A program made the position numbers and the translations under genes. From Elusimicrobiota bacterium (GTDB lineage Bacteria > Elusimicrobiota > Elusimicrobia > F11): a DNA stretch of 64,000 bases. Below the pieces are notes generated by a model. It saw nothing but the letters and a program-made list of their open reading frames with translations, was not told where the DNA came from and searched no databases. Shown here in pieces: positions 31,350-41,192 of the stretch. Numbering within the stretch: the stretch's first letter is position 1; each line of letters starts with the position of its first letter. The DNA is taken from assembly GCA_044221725.1 (NCBI GenBank), contig JBGAON010000001.1, positions 768,001 through 832,000 on the forward strand, read 5' to 3'.

Positions 31350-34300
31350 ATGCGCAATACCCTCGGTGTTTTCATCGCGTTCGTGTACTTTTTCGGCAAC
31401 GTGGTTCTGGCGCATTCGGCAGAAGTAAATTTTTGGCGCGAACGTCAAAAAAAGCAAACTCCACCCGAAAAAAACGAGGTTCAACTTGCGGCGTTGCCGG
31501 CCTCCCTGCCGGTGGGCCGGGACAACCCCGCCGACCTTCTCCGCCAAATACCCACGCTCAGCAAAACGTTCAACGCCATTTCAGAAAACGCGCTTCCTGA
31601 AAAATTTAAGCCGTCCCACGTTCCGGCCGACCTTCGCCCAGTTCTTGAACGCATTCCGACAAACGCCGGCACCATCAAGCAAGTAAGCATCGCGCCCACC
31701 GACAAATCGATGGTCGTGTTGCTGCAGGACGTGCACATGAACACCGAAGCGCAGGGAAATATTGCCGAGATCGTAAAAGCGATGCGCGTGCCGGTCGTTG
31801 CCGTCGAAGGGGCGGAGGGACCCTTCAATTTTTCGGATTTCGAAAATTTTAAAGACGGAAAAATAAAAAAGGCGGTTGCCGATTCTTTTCTGCACCAGAA
31901 CCTGATATCAGCGCCAAGCTATGCTGGTGTGTTGAGCGAGAAAGGAAAGCTTCAGCTTGTTGGCGTGGATGACGCCGACCGCTATCAGGCAAACGTAAAC
32001 GCCTACAAAGAAGCGACACGCGAGAAAAATGCGGTTGAAAAGCGATTGAAAAACAAGCGCCGCAGGTTGGCCGAACAAAAAGGGAAAGAACTAAACGAGG
32101 CTCTCAAGAAGTTCGACGCGCACCGTGCCGCTTACGAAGATGGCACGCTCGCGTTCGGCGACTACATCAAATGGTTGGCGAGCGACGACGCGAGCAACGA
32201 GCTTGTGATTAATCAGTTCTTGGCGGCGTACCAGATTGAAAAGCGATTGGATTTTGAGCGCGTCGAGCGGGAACGCGCCCGCGTTGTCGAGCAGCTCGCG
32301 CAAAAGCTCGATACGAGCGATTTGAATTCCCTTCTCGCTCAAAGTGTGGCTTATCGGCTGGGAAAAATTAGCTACGCCGGCTATTACGGATGGATCAAAA
32401 CTTTCATGACGCGCGCGCATCTATCGCTTTCGGACACGCCGGCCTTCGACGAATATATTCAATACGTGTTGTTGACCGAAGGAATAAACGCAGAGAAGCT
32501 GTTTGCAGCCATGAAAAATCTCGAAGCGCGGACGGTCGCTTCGCTCTGCCGCACGCCGCGAGAAAAAGAGCTGATGCAAGCGTCGCGGTTGTTGTTTCTT
32601 GAGCAGAAACTCGTCGACTTCGCACTAACGCCGGAGGAATGGGCGGAGTATCAGCGGATGCAAGGAAGTGAATTTACAATGGGGAGGGTAGGGTGGGGCA
32701 TAGATACCGTCGACCTTAACTCCTTCGAGAATTTTTATCGCGAAGCCGACGTTCGTAGTCACGCGATGGTAAGAAACTTAAACCGTTTGTCTCGAAGCCC
32801 GTCCGTTCTCATTGTTGGTGGCTTTCACACGCCTCTCGTTACGAAACTGCTGAGAGTCAGCGGACGGTCCTTCGTGGTGGTCCAACCGAAAATCACGAAG
32901 ATCGAGGGCTTATGCGGTTCTGAATATCTGTCGGTGTTTACTCAAGAAAGAACCACGCTCGATCAAATTTTTGAAGGGCAAAAACTTTTCTTGGCGCCGC
33001 TCGACCGGCACGCTGGCAAAGACCGAGCGGTCACCGGGAAAATGTACGGCGCAATGTTGGCGATCGCAGCAGGGCCCGGCGAATACATAAAGACCCCATC
33101 CGACGGAATTTTTGCCACGACGGGGGACGTTCCGTTTTGGGGCCACCTGTTGGGTCAGGTCGACATCGAAAATCTCGATCCAAACGTGAAGTATTTTGCG
33201 GTGGTAGGTGCGGCGACACTCTTCGCGATACTCTCTTTCCGTCACCTTCGAAAGTACTTCCGGTTTCGCCTGTTGCGAGATTTTCGGGGCAATCCCCCAA
33301 TTTTCCAAGAACGGAACAATCCCGAAGAAGAATCCGCGTATAAGGGAATTGCATTCCGTTCGACGCGGCGTCATCCGAATCGTCATTTCAATGGAGACAG
33401 TTCTTCGGTGGATGTGTTGTTCAATGGAATTTCCATGGCCGGCGTGTACGACGGCGTGAGCGGTGCGAAAAACGCCGACATAGCGAGTCGCGAATCAAAC
33501 AACTACGTTCGGGCGCGTCTTGGTTTGTTCCTGCAGCGTTGGTCGCTCGATGCATTGCGAGCTGGTTTTACGATGGAGATGGAAAGAGAATTGGAAACAG
33601 AAATCGGTACCATCTTTCGGGACGTCGAGCGATATCTCGCCGGACAAATTAACGAGGGCGGAACAACCGTATCGTTGGCCATTTCAATCCCGCTTACCTC
33701 CGGCGATCAACGTGTGCTTGTTGTTAACGGCGGAGATTCCCGTGTGTACGCGGAACAAGCCGGCGCTCTTCAGCAACTCACCATCGACAACCGGTATGCG
33801 AAGGGATCCTATGATTTGGGCGGAGTCAGCGATTTGAAGAAAGACATTTTTAAAATAGCGATGAGTGAATTCGGAAAAGACCCGATTCGAGGTTTCAATT
33901 TCAAAGGACAAGTGGCCAATGATCTGACGCCGCACGGTCGCTACGTTCCGCAATTCACCAAGATAACAACGGCCGCCAACATGCGTTTGATTCTCGCCAG
34001 CGATGGATTGTGGAAGAACGTGACCGAATTCCGGCAAAGCTTATTGGCGGTGAAGTTTTTGACGGCGGAAGATTTGGCCCAGGAACTTATCGACGAAGCG
34101 ATACGAAGATGTGATTCCGGTTACGGTCGCAGGGATGACATTACCGTCGCGGTTATCGCGCCCCGACCTTTGCCTCCCGAGCAATTGCCGGTGCGCGTGT
34201 GGAGACAAGAAGATGTTCCCAAAATCAAGAACCGCAAGGCACCGCCGCTCACGGTGCTCGGAACGACCGGAGCGTGGCGCCTAGTTGAGTTGGGAGTTAA

Positions 34301-37300
34301 TCGGGTTCTCGGAACGAAGATTCACCTTTCCGATAACAATGTGAAGCGGTTCGTGGCACCGGTGTTGGAGCTCACTTGGTTTGCGGGAATGTTGCACTTC
34401 CCAATTGTCGTCGGAACAATCTTCTTTCTTTTGCACCTTCCGCGCAGCGATGTTTCGCCGAGCAAAGATTGGGCCCGCTCCACACTCCGGCTCGCGGTTC
34501 TTTCTCTTGCGTTCTCCGTCGTTTTTGTTCTTCCCGCTTACTTCTATCTGACTGCCGGCTCATTGCCCATGACTCAAGACGGTTCGCTCTCTTTCCAATG
34601 GGCGCTTATTTTAAATGGTTCTCTCCACGTAATCTACAACGTGATCGCCGTGAAATTAAAACTGCCGGTACTTACAGCCGGTGATGCGATTTTAAAATCG
34701 TTGACGCGAAACGAAATGCAGTTGATTCAAGCGATGGTGCTAATGTTGGAGGGTGACAAAAAAGAAGGAGCGAATATTTATTTAAACGATATTGATCCAG
34801 ATATCGCGAATATGCGCGACTACTTAATCCGCTACGTTAGGTACCGCAAGAATGCCCCGTCGGCTTTCGAAGAATCGATGAGAGATTTCATTGCTAATCG
34901 ATTAGCAGGGGGCCCGAATGACGCGCGTGTGACCGCGTTCGTGCGATCCTTTGGCCGCTTGGAAGGTGACATTGGAAAAGATTGGCTCTTTGACGCGCCG
35001 GACTCTGCACGGAACGAACCGCAAAGGAAAGGATCCCGCATTGAACGTCCAACCTTGGCGGCCTTTACCAATTGGATTGAAAGCCTCCCCTCAAGAGACG
35101 AATTGAATTCGGATAGCGTGGATGTCGTGCGATTAATTTGTGCTGTGATAACGAATTCCTCCGACGCATTTTATGTGAACGCCGATCTACGCAAAATAAA
35201 TGCAGTGGTGTGGAGGCGGGTTGTCGCGTCTTATTTCAATCTCGTGGAGGATGATCGCTTGGCATCGAAAAAGCTTTCGGACTTTCTCGCGAAACATGAA
35301 AAGATGCCCGGTTATTTGCCCGAAAATATGCGCGAGGCGCTGAATGACAATTTTCCGAACGGCGCCGGAAGAACTCCGTTGGCGGTTCTAAATTTCTTAA
35401 TGGCACGAATTGCTTTTGACAAGCTCGCGCTCTTCGAAAAAGAAAAGGATCGCTACCGGCGAGCCTTGAAGGAATTGAACGGATTTTTAAGTCGGATCGC
35501 GGAGTTTCATCAGGAAAAAAGCACCGATGACTCGGTTGAGCTTGTCGTTTCCCAGTGGGACACGCCTCCCGATGATTCAACCGTCGATGCCAACAAGACA
35601 ATCGGCGTTAGTTTGGAAGATGTCAATGGAACGCCTGCCTATATTCGCAAAAAGATTAAGGCGACAATTGCTAATCGCAGCAGTCGACCCAATGTGCGGT
35701 TTGCTTTGGATCGTGACGGCTCGGTCCGAGTGGAAAATCAAATCGTTCCTGTATCGGTTAATGGAATTGATTCAAGCCGCTTTCCAAATGTGGTCGAGGC
35801 TCTTCGAATAAGTATCGGATTGTTGTTAACCGATGATCCCGCGGCAAAGGCACGGTTGATGACTCAAGCAGAGGCTGTAACGGTACGCACCGCTGGTGGT
35901 TACCATTCGTTCCGTGATGCAAAATTAAGCACGCTGGTTGCCCGCAGCACATTATCGGCTGGCGCGCGGCATTTCTTTCTAGAAAACCATGACGTGTTTC
36001 AATGGTACGTGGATGAAGATTTGTTGGGCGATTTCATCAATGTTCTCGGCGGAAAAGGCGGCACGCCTGTTGTGACGCTTGTGGTAAAGGAATACCTGGA
36101 GAACGTTTATGAGTTTGAAACCGCGCGCAGCAAACCACAACTGAAAGCGGCTTTGGCATCGCTTATTCACTCGTACAAATTCTCGCGCGCCGTTGAATTG
36201 GGTCGGGTGTGGATTCAACTTGAAAACGATGATGATAAAAAGATGCTCGATGAAAACGAACCTATTTCGAAACTGAGTCCAGAGAACCACGCATTTGTCG
36301 TCGTGAGTGCGGCGCAGGCCGCGACCGTATCTGATTTTCAGGCGTTTGTTACGGAGCAACGGCGGAATCCTGCGAACGAAAACAAGTTTTATGTCTTTCA
36401 TAAACTTTATCGGTCGCAAGAAAGGCTGTGGCTCGTCACCGCGCGCGATGGTCGCATCGAATTGAATTACGCGAGCACGACGTATTCTGAGATTGCGGGA
36501 CAATTGCGGTTTCAGCGTCAGGAAGCCGCTCTCGGCTACATTGATGAGGCGGGTATTTTCCGCATGATTTGGTACATGAAGCCGTCGCCCGAACACGCTC
36601 ACGAATGGACATCCGCTGCTTCCTCGAAAGTTACGGAAATGTTTGCGGAGAACAAGCTGCAAATTGAAGATAACGGTGCGGGGACGGATCTTCTTATTTC
36701 CGAACTTCACGTCCAACTAGGAATTGCGTACGGGCCCAATGCCTATCAGATCTCACGCGAAAAGAATCGTCTGGTGTATCGTAATCCGTTGGGGCTGCAC
36801 TTTGATTTTGCGAGATACCCAAAATGGGTTATGCCGGCCCTACAAATTGCGAGAGAGCACGGGATTAAAATCGGCGACCGTTTGAAATCCCTAATGGAAA
36901 AAAACACGCTCACCCCAAAAAGAGGACCCGTTATCTTGCAATCGGTTCGGATTGCGAATGCGAAAGGCGATCCAAAAGGAGACGGGCGGTTAACAATGAC
37001 AACCATTGGTACCCACACCGCCGGCCGCTGGTTCTGGAAAAAAATCCTCCGCACTGACGCAACGGAAGTTGAGGATGGCGTTTACGACAACGCGATCAAA
37101 AAACGTTTCGCTCCGGTGTTTGAAATTATGTGGTTCATCGCGATGCTCGCGTTTCCACCGTTGATTGTTGTTTTCTACCGCGCGCATCTGCCGCGCGGCG
37201 ACGAACCCGCTCTCAGCAAATCCGACCGCCGCTGGCTGAAAGCGGCGACGGTTGTAGTTTTTGGTGTGCCTTTGGCCGGTGCGTATTTCACCGTGGTGCT

Positions 37301-40300
37301 TCTTCTCGATTTCAATTCCTTTGATTTGTTTCTAAGTTCGTTCTCCAAGTTTTCGCCGGTGCTGCTGAAAATTTCGGCGTTCGCCACCGGTATCAATTAC
37401 GTTCTGCACCAGATTTACAACCCGATCGCCGTGAATCTGAAACTGCCGGCGCTCGCTGTTTTTGACGAGGACGCGTTGCCACCTGTTGTTGCGGGTTTGA
37501 AGTACACGCTGAAGGCCGGGGCGCTGGCTCGCGGAATTGCGCTTGAGGAAGATGGGGAAATCAGAATAGAAGTGTATGACAGGATCATGGTGACCTTGCA
37601 TAAGAAAAATGGCGCCGTGAGAGTAATTCCCAGTGACAATGTAAAAGTGAAAGACCGCGCTAAAACGCTCGAGCCCGGAAAGGTTATTGTTTTCGGACGC
37701 TTGAGCAACGATCAGCTCGGCGCGCTCGATGCCGGGTTCCCCAATACCAGGATTTCGGGTAGCCACTTCTCCGTGGAAATGGATGACGCCGGCCGAATTA
37801 CGATTCGTGATCTGTTTTCGACGAACGACACCTATTTTACGGCGACCAAAATAACTCCGAATTCCGGCCGCCTGGTGACGAAATATTCGTGGGATCACTT
37901 CCTTCGCGCGTTTGTCGCTGACGAGACCATTGGAAAGGTGCAAAATTTGAAGCCAGAACCGGCGAATCCACTGTCGGCACTTCCGGTTAATCTCAACCGT
38001 GAAATTGCGACAGCACTGACCGAAATCAGCTCGCTTCCGGTGCCCGCCGCGGTCGCCGACCAGATTCGTCTTTTGAAAGTTCTCGAAAGCACGCTGGCAT
38101 CAAGAATCGGAAAACCGGAATATACGGAGGCGGAATATCTTCCGCTTCGCGCTTGTATGGTTTTTGAAATCTTGCGGTTGTTGAAATCGGAGGGATTTAA
38201 GTCGAATCAACCGATGCCAGTGTTTGTGAGAAAAAAGACGGGCGTGTTGCCCACGGTCGATGTTGAGATCTCGGATAACGAACAAAAATTCTGGTTCCGT
38301 ACCGATCAGCCTGTGAATCCCACCTTCGCGTTGGTGCGCGATGGCGAAAGGAAGTTGCAGATGTTGACGATGGAGAGGCCGGGGGCTTCTGGAAGATACG
38401 ACGCCATCGCGGGCCGTCCGCCGGTAACGTTGAACAACGCGTTCAGCGTTGAAATTCATTACTCGAAAGATATCGGGTCTGCGTATTTTTTCTTCTACGA
38501 TTTTCCTGGGAGGCTTGTGCAAGGGTTCGTGTCGCATCTTGATTTTGATGGAACACCATCACCTTTTTTCCCGCTTGCCGGCGAGGACCTCATAAAATCC
38601 GAAGCGGCGTTTCATCGTCCCGACGCGGCCGAAAAAACAGTCTCCCCGAAACCCGAAATAAACACAACGCCCGTGAACGTCACGGAGATTTCTAAGAACA
38701 ACGTTGCGAAAGATGCACCGAGCGCCGCACTTTTCGGTGCGCGTTTATTCCCTGGCGCCCCTGAGAATTTCTCGCTGGAAATGCGTCCGAACGATGAAAA
38801 GAGCGCAGCGCTGCAAGGAAGCACATCTCACGATGGGCAGGGCTCGGACGAAGACAAAAACCAAGATCGCGTCTTTGTGGACAACGATCGAAAAGTCGCG
38901 CTCGTGGCGGACGGTATTTCAATTCCGGTGGGTGGTGCCGCCGCAGCCGCCGTCACGGCTTATTCGGCAAGCGCCCGGCTTTTGGCTGGAATGGAAATAC
39001 TTCAAAAACAGACGGATGCAAGATTGGGAGATGTAATTTCACTCGCGAAGAACAGCGCCGAGTTCGCGCAGGCGGCCGTCATGCGCGAAGATTTTCGTCG
39101 GAGTGCGTGGACCGGGTTAAGCGTCAGCGCCGAGAACGCTCATCCTATCGGCTCCACGCTTCTCATGGTTATCCCGATTCAGGTCCGTCTGCCCAACGGA
39201 GCGGTGGTGAAGAAGGCCGTGATCGTCAGTCACGGGGACTCTGCCATTATCGTCGTGAAGAAGGATGGTCGGTATGCCCGGGTCACGGACGTTGACAACG
39301 TTGCCGGAACCGTGACGCGAGAAAACGCGACGTTGCCGAAAGCGAAAAAGATAGAAGTGCCCGAAAATCCACACGGGATTTGGGCCGAAATTACGTCGCA
39401 TATCGGTATGAACAAATTTAAGTGGAATCCGCACAATGTTCGGATTGTCGATCTTGACATCGGCGACCGCATTCTTGCGATGACGGACGGCGTTTCTGGG
39501 AATCTCTCCGATAAAGAGATCGCCGAGCACGTGCTAAAAGAGCCAAATCCATTCGACCATGTCGCGACGATCCATCGGGAATCAATGGAACGCGGGGCGG
39601 CGCACCGAGCCAATCACGATTTGCCGGGGCACAGCGACGACGTGTCGATGGTGTCGCTCGCCGTCGACGAAACGTTTGGACAACATTTAATCGTGGATGA
39701 GAACACCGCGTTGTCGGTGGAATGGACTCGGCCGTTGCTTTATAAGCGTAAGCAGATGGCAGAAGTGTACACGACGCCGGCGAATATCAACATTGGGGGT
39801 ATTGGATTAACGCTGAATGCCAACGCCCACCATTTTCACGTCGACAGCGAAACGGTCGGGCACGATCCCGTCGTGGATCCGGCGCAGATGATCGTTACTC
39901 ATCCGATAAAGATCGGTCGAGAAAAAGCAAGCGTGGATATGGCTGTGCGGTCCGATAAGGTTTCAAAAAAACATCTGGAGCTTACGCCGGGAGTGGTGTT
40001 GCAAGTTGCAGATCCGTCAACAAATGGTACGTACTTCTTTGACGCGCCCTGGCCCAATCGACGATTGGGGCTTTTGGCAGAACCATCTTTAACCACTTTG
40101 CGCACGCTTCGTTTGGTTCAACGATTCGCGCGCTTCGTTCCGCGGGCGTTCGGTTTGCGTGTGGCTGTGCGAACGCTCCTTATTCTCGCCGTGGAATTCC
40201 CGAGGTTCTTTGTTCCGACCGTGACGTTTCGCGATCAGCACTTTGAGTCGACCACGCTCGCGAACACGGCCGAAAATCGAGTTAAAGTTCGTAATCGGAT

Positions 40301-41192
40301 TTTGTTGATCACCGTCTTGTCGGTGGCGATTTCGATGCTTGGCGTCGTTCCGGCGTTTGCATCGGAGATGTCGACGGCGAACCGGTTGTTGATTTCCGGC
40401 GCATCGCTTTTGGCGGGCAATTTCGTCGCGCACGCGCCATTTGTTGAGCAACAGACCGGGCGGATTGCGGATGTGCTCGGAGAGTTCGAACACGATCAAG
40501 TGCTCTCCAAGACAGCGGTGGCGGACCTGGTTAAAATTTTGAGCCCGACAGCCGACCGCTCGTTGGGTCTTAAAGACGCGTTGACCGCTCGCGCGATCGA
40601 CGGATTGGCTCGAAATCTCACGCGCGGAAATGTGGTGGACGTTTTCCCAGCGCTTAATTTGCTGCAAACCAAGCAGCGGCAGGCCGTTCGCATTGATTCT
40701 CTATCAAGGCTTGCCGCTGTTGAGAGTGGTCGTGTTGTCCCGCGACTCGAAATCTCCGGCGCAAAAACGGTTGATGAGTTGTGGAGAGAAATCAACTCGA
40801 TAAACACCTGGTCGAACACGAACAAGAAAAAAGTGACGCTGGCCTTTGATGATCGTCTGCTGGCGCAAGCGCGCGCGCAAGGTCCGATGCGTACGAATAG
40901 GAATTTAACCATCATCGCACACTCCGCAGTCCCGCAGTCAAAGATCGATCTTGCTCGGATGTTTGGAATGCGGGAATTGGACATGCGCCGTTTGGAGTTG
41001 GTGGTGTCGCGCCGCGTGCGCATGACGCACGAAATGGAAGCGCGCATTCAGACCGTGCGCACGCTGGCGCATCTCGAAGTGAATTTGTACCTGCTTGTTG
41101 ACGAGGCGCTGCGCATCGCAATTCCAATCGAACCGAAAGACTTGTCCGAATTCTCTGAGTTGCAACGCCGGCTTATTGATTCTCAGGCGTAA
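31350..41192 (+). CDS. Giant (~3280 aa) multidomain membrane protein: signal peptide, conserved N-domain, 2 PP2C-type phosphatase domains, 2 FHA domains, repeated TM modules
   Basis: Single uninterrupted ORF; PP2C motifs (VYDG/GDSR/SDGLW/DDITV and NQD/VADG/GDS/TDGV/DDVS); FHA motifs (GR...SxxH...STNxTY) twice. Confidence 0.85.
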   Translation: MRNTLGVFIAFVYFFGNVVLAHSAEVNFWRERQKKQTPPEKNEVQLAALPASLPVGRDNPADLLRQIPTLSKTFNAISENALPEKFKPSHVPADLRPVLERIPTNAGTIKQVSIAPTDKSMVVLLQDVHMNTEAQGNIAEIVKAMRVPVVAVEGAEGPFNFSDFENFKDGKIKKAVADSFLHQNLISAPSYAGVLSEKGKLQLVGVDDADRYQANVNAYKEATREKNAVEKRLKNKRRRLAEQKGKELNEALKKFDAHRAAYEDGTLAFGDYIKWLASDDASNELVINQFLAAYQIEKRLDFERVERERARVVEQLAQKLDTSDLNSLLAQSVAYRLGKISYAGYYGWIKTFMTRAHLSLSDTPAFDEYIQYVLLTEGINAEKLFAAMKNLEARTVASLCRTPREKELMQASRLLFLEQKLVDFALTPEEWAEYQRMQGSEFTMGRVGWGIDTVDLNSFENFYREADVRSHAMVRNLNRLSRSPSVLIVGGFHTPLVTKLLRVSGRSFVVVQPKITKIEGLCGSEYLSVFTQERTTLDQIFEGQKLFLAPLDRHAGKDRAVTGKMYGAMLAIAAGPGEYIKTPSDGIFATTGDVPFWGHLLGQVDIENLDPNVKYFAVVGAATLFAILSFRHLRKYFRFRLLRDFRGNPPIFQERNNPEEESAYKGIAFRSTRRHPNRHFNGDSSSVDVLFNGISMAGVYDGVSGAKNADIASRESNNYVRARLGLFLQRWSLDALRAGFTMEMERELETEIGTIFRDVERYLAGQINEGGTTVSLAISIPLTSGDQRVLVVNGGDSRVYAEQAGALQQLTIDNRYAKGSYDLGGVSDLKKDIFKIAMSEFGKDPIRGFNFKGQVANDLTPHGRYVPQFTKITTAANMRLILASDGLWKNVTEFRQSLLAVKFLTAEDLAQELIDEAIRRCDSGYGRRDDITVAVIAPRPLPPEQLPVRVWRQEDVPKIKNRKAPPLTVLGTTGAWRLVELGVNRVLGTKIHLSDNNVKRFVAPVLELTWFAGMLHFPIVVGTIFFLLHLPRSDVSPSKDWARSTLRLAVLSLAFSVVFVLPAYFYLTAGSLPMTQDGSLSFQWALILNGSLHVIYNVIAVKLKLPVLTAGDAILKSLTRNEMQLIQAMVLMLEGDKKEGANIYLNDIDPDIANMRDYLIRYVRYRKNAPSAFEESMRDFIANRLAGGPNDARVTAFVRSFGRLEGDIGKDWLFDAPDSARNEPQRKGSRIERPTLAAFTNWIESLPSRDELNSDSVDVVRLICAVITNSSDAFYVNADLRKINAVVWRRVVASYFNLVEDDRLASKKLSDFLAKHEKMPGYLPENMREALNDNFPNGAGRTPLAVLNFLMARIAFDKLALFEKEKDRYRRALKELNGFLSRIAEFHQEKSTDDSVELVVSQWDTPPDDSTVDANKTIGVSLEDVNGTPAYIRKKIKATIANRSSRPNVRFALDRDGSVRVENQIVPVSVNGIDSSRFPNVVEALRISIGLLLTDDPAAKARLMTQAEAVTVRTAGGYHSFRDAKLSTLVARSTLSAGARHFFLENHDVFQWYVDEDLLGDFINVLGGKGGTPVVTLVVKEYLENVYEFETARSKPQLKAALASLIHSYKFSRAVELGRVWIQLENDDDKKMLDENEPISKLSPENHAFVVVSAAQAATVSDFQAFVTEQRRNPANENKFYVFHKLYRSQERLWLVTARDGRIELNYASTTYSEIAGQLRFQRQEAALGYIDEAGIFRMIWYMKPSPEHAHEWTSAASSKVTEMFAENKLQIEDNGAGTDLLISELHVQLGIAYGPNAYQISREKNRLVYRNPLGLHFDFARYPKWVMPALQIAREHGIKIGDRLKSLMEKNTLTPKRGPVILQSVRIANAKGDPKGDGRLTMTTIGTHTAGRWFWKKILRTDATEVEDGVYDNAIKKRFAPVFEIMWFIAMLAFPPLIVVFYRAHLPRGDEPALSKSDRRWLKAATVVVFGVPLAGAYFTVVLLLDFNSFDLFLSSFSKFSPVLLKISAFATGINYVLHQIYNPIAVNLKLPALAVFDEDALPPVVAGLKYTLKAGALARGIALEEDGEIRIEVYDRIMVTLHKKNGAVRVIPSDNVKVKDRAKTLEPGKVIVFGRLSNDQLGALDAGFPNTRISGSHFSVEMDDAGRITIRDLFSTNDTYFTATKITPNSGRLVTKYSWDHFLRAFVADETIGKVQNLKPEPANPLSALPVNLNREIATALTEISSLPVPAAVADQIRLLKVLESTLASRIGKPEYTEAEYLPLRACMVFEILRLLKSEGFKSNQPMPVFVRKKTGVLPTVDVEISDNEQKFWFRTDQPVNPTFALVRDGERKLQMLTMERPGASGRYDAIAGRPPVTLNNAFSVEIHYSKDIGSAYFFFYDFPGRLVQGFVSHLDFDGTPSPFFPLAGEDLIKSEAAFHRPDAAEKTVSPKPEINTTPVNVTEISKNNVAKDAPSAALFGARLFPGAPENFSLEMRPNDEKSAALQGSTSHDGQGSDEDKNQDRVFVDNDRKVALVADGISIPVGGAAAAAVTAYSASARLLAGMEILQKQTDARLGDVISLAKNSAEFAQAAVMREDFRRSAWTGLSVSAENAHPIGSTLLMVIPIQVRLPNGAVVKKAVIVSHGDSAIIVVKKDGRYARVTDVDNVAGTVTRENATLPKAKKIEVPENPHGIWAEITSHIGMNKFKWNPHNVRIVDLDIGDRILAMTDGVSGNLSDKEIAEHVLKEPNPFDHVATIHRESMERGAAHRANHDLPGHSDDVSMVSLAVDETFGQHLIVDENTALSVEWTRPLLYKRKQMAEVYTTPANINIGGIGLTLNANAHHFHVDSETVGHDPVVDPAQMIVTHPIKIGREKASVDMAVRSDKVSKKHLELTPGVVLQVADPSTNGTYFFDAPWPNRRLGLLAEPSLTTLRTLRLVQRFARFVPRAFGLRVAVRTLLILAVEFPRFFVPTVTFRDQHFESTTLANTAENRVKVRNRILLITVLSVAISMLGVVPAFASEMSTANRLLISGASLLAGNFVAHAPFVEQQTGRIADVLGEFEHDQVLSKTAVADLVKILSPTADRSLGLKDALTARAIDGLARNLTRGNVVDVFPALNLLQTKQRQAVRIDSLSRLAAVESGRVVPRLEISGAKTVDELWREINSINTWSNTNKKKVTLAFDDRLLAQARAQGPMRTNRNLTIIAHSAVPQSKIDLARMFGMRELDMRRLELVVSRRVRMTHEMEARIQTVRTLAHLEVNLYLLVDEALRIAIPIEPKDLSEFSELQRRLIDSQA
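32677..32702. repeat. Family A element right-end remnant inside the giant ORF
   Basis: CAATGGGGAGGGTAGGGTGGGGCATA matches the ends of the copies at 2725 and 31116. Confidence 0.75.
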
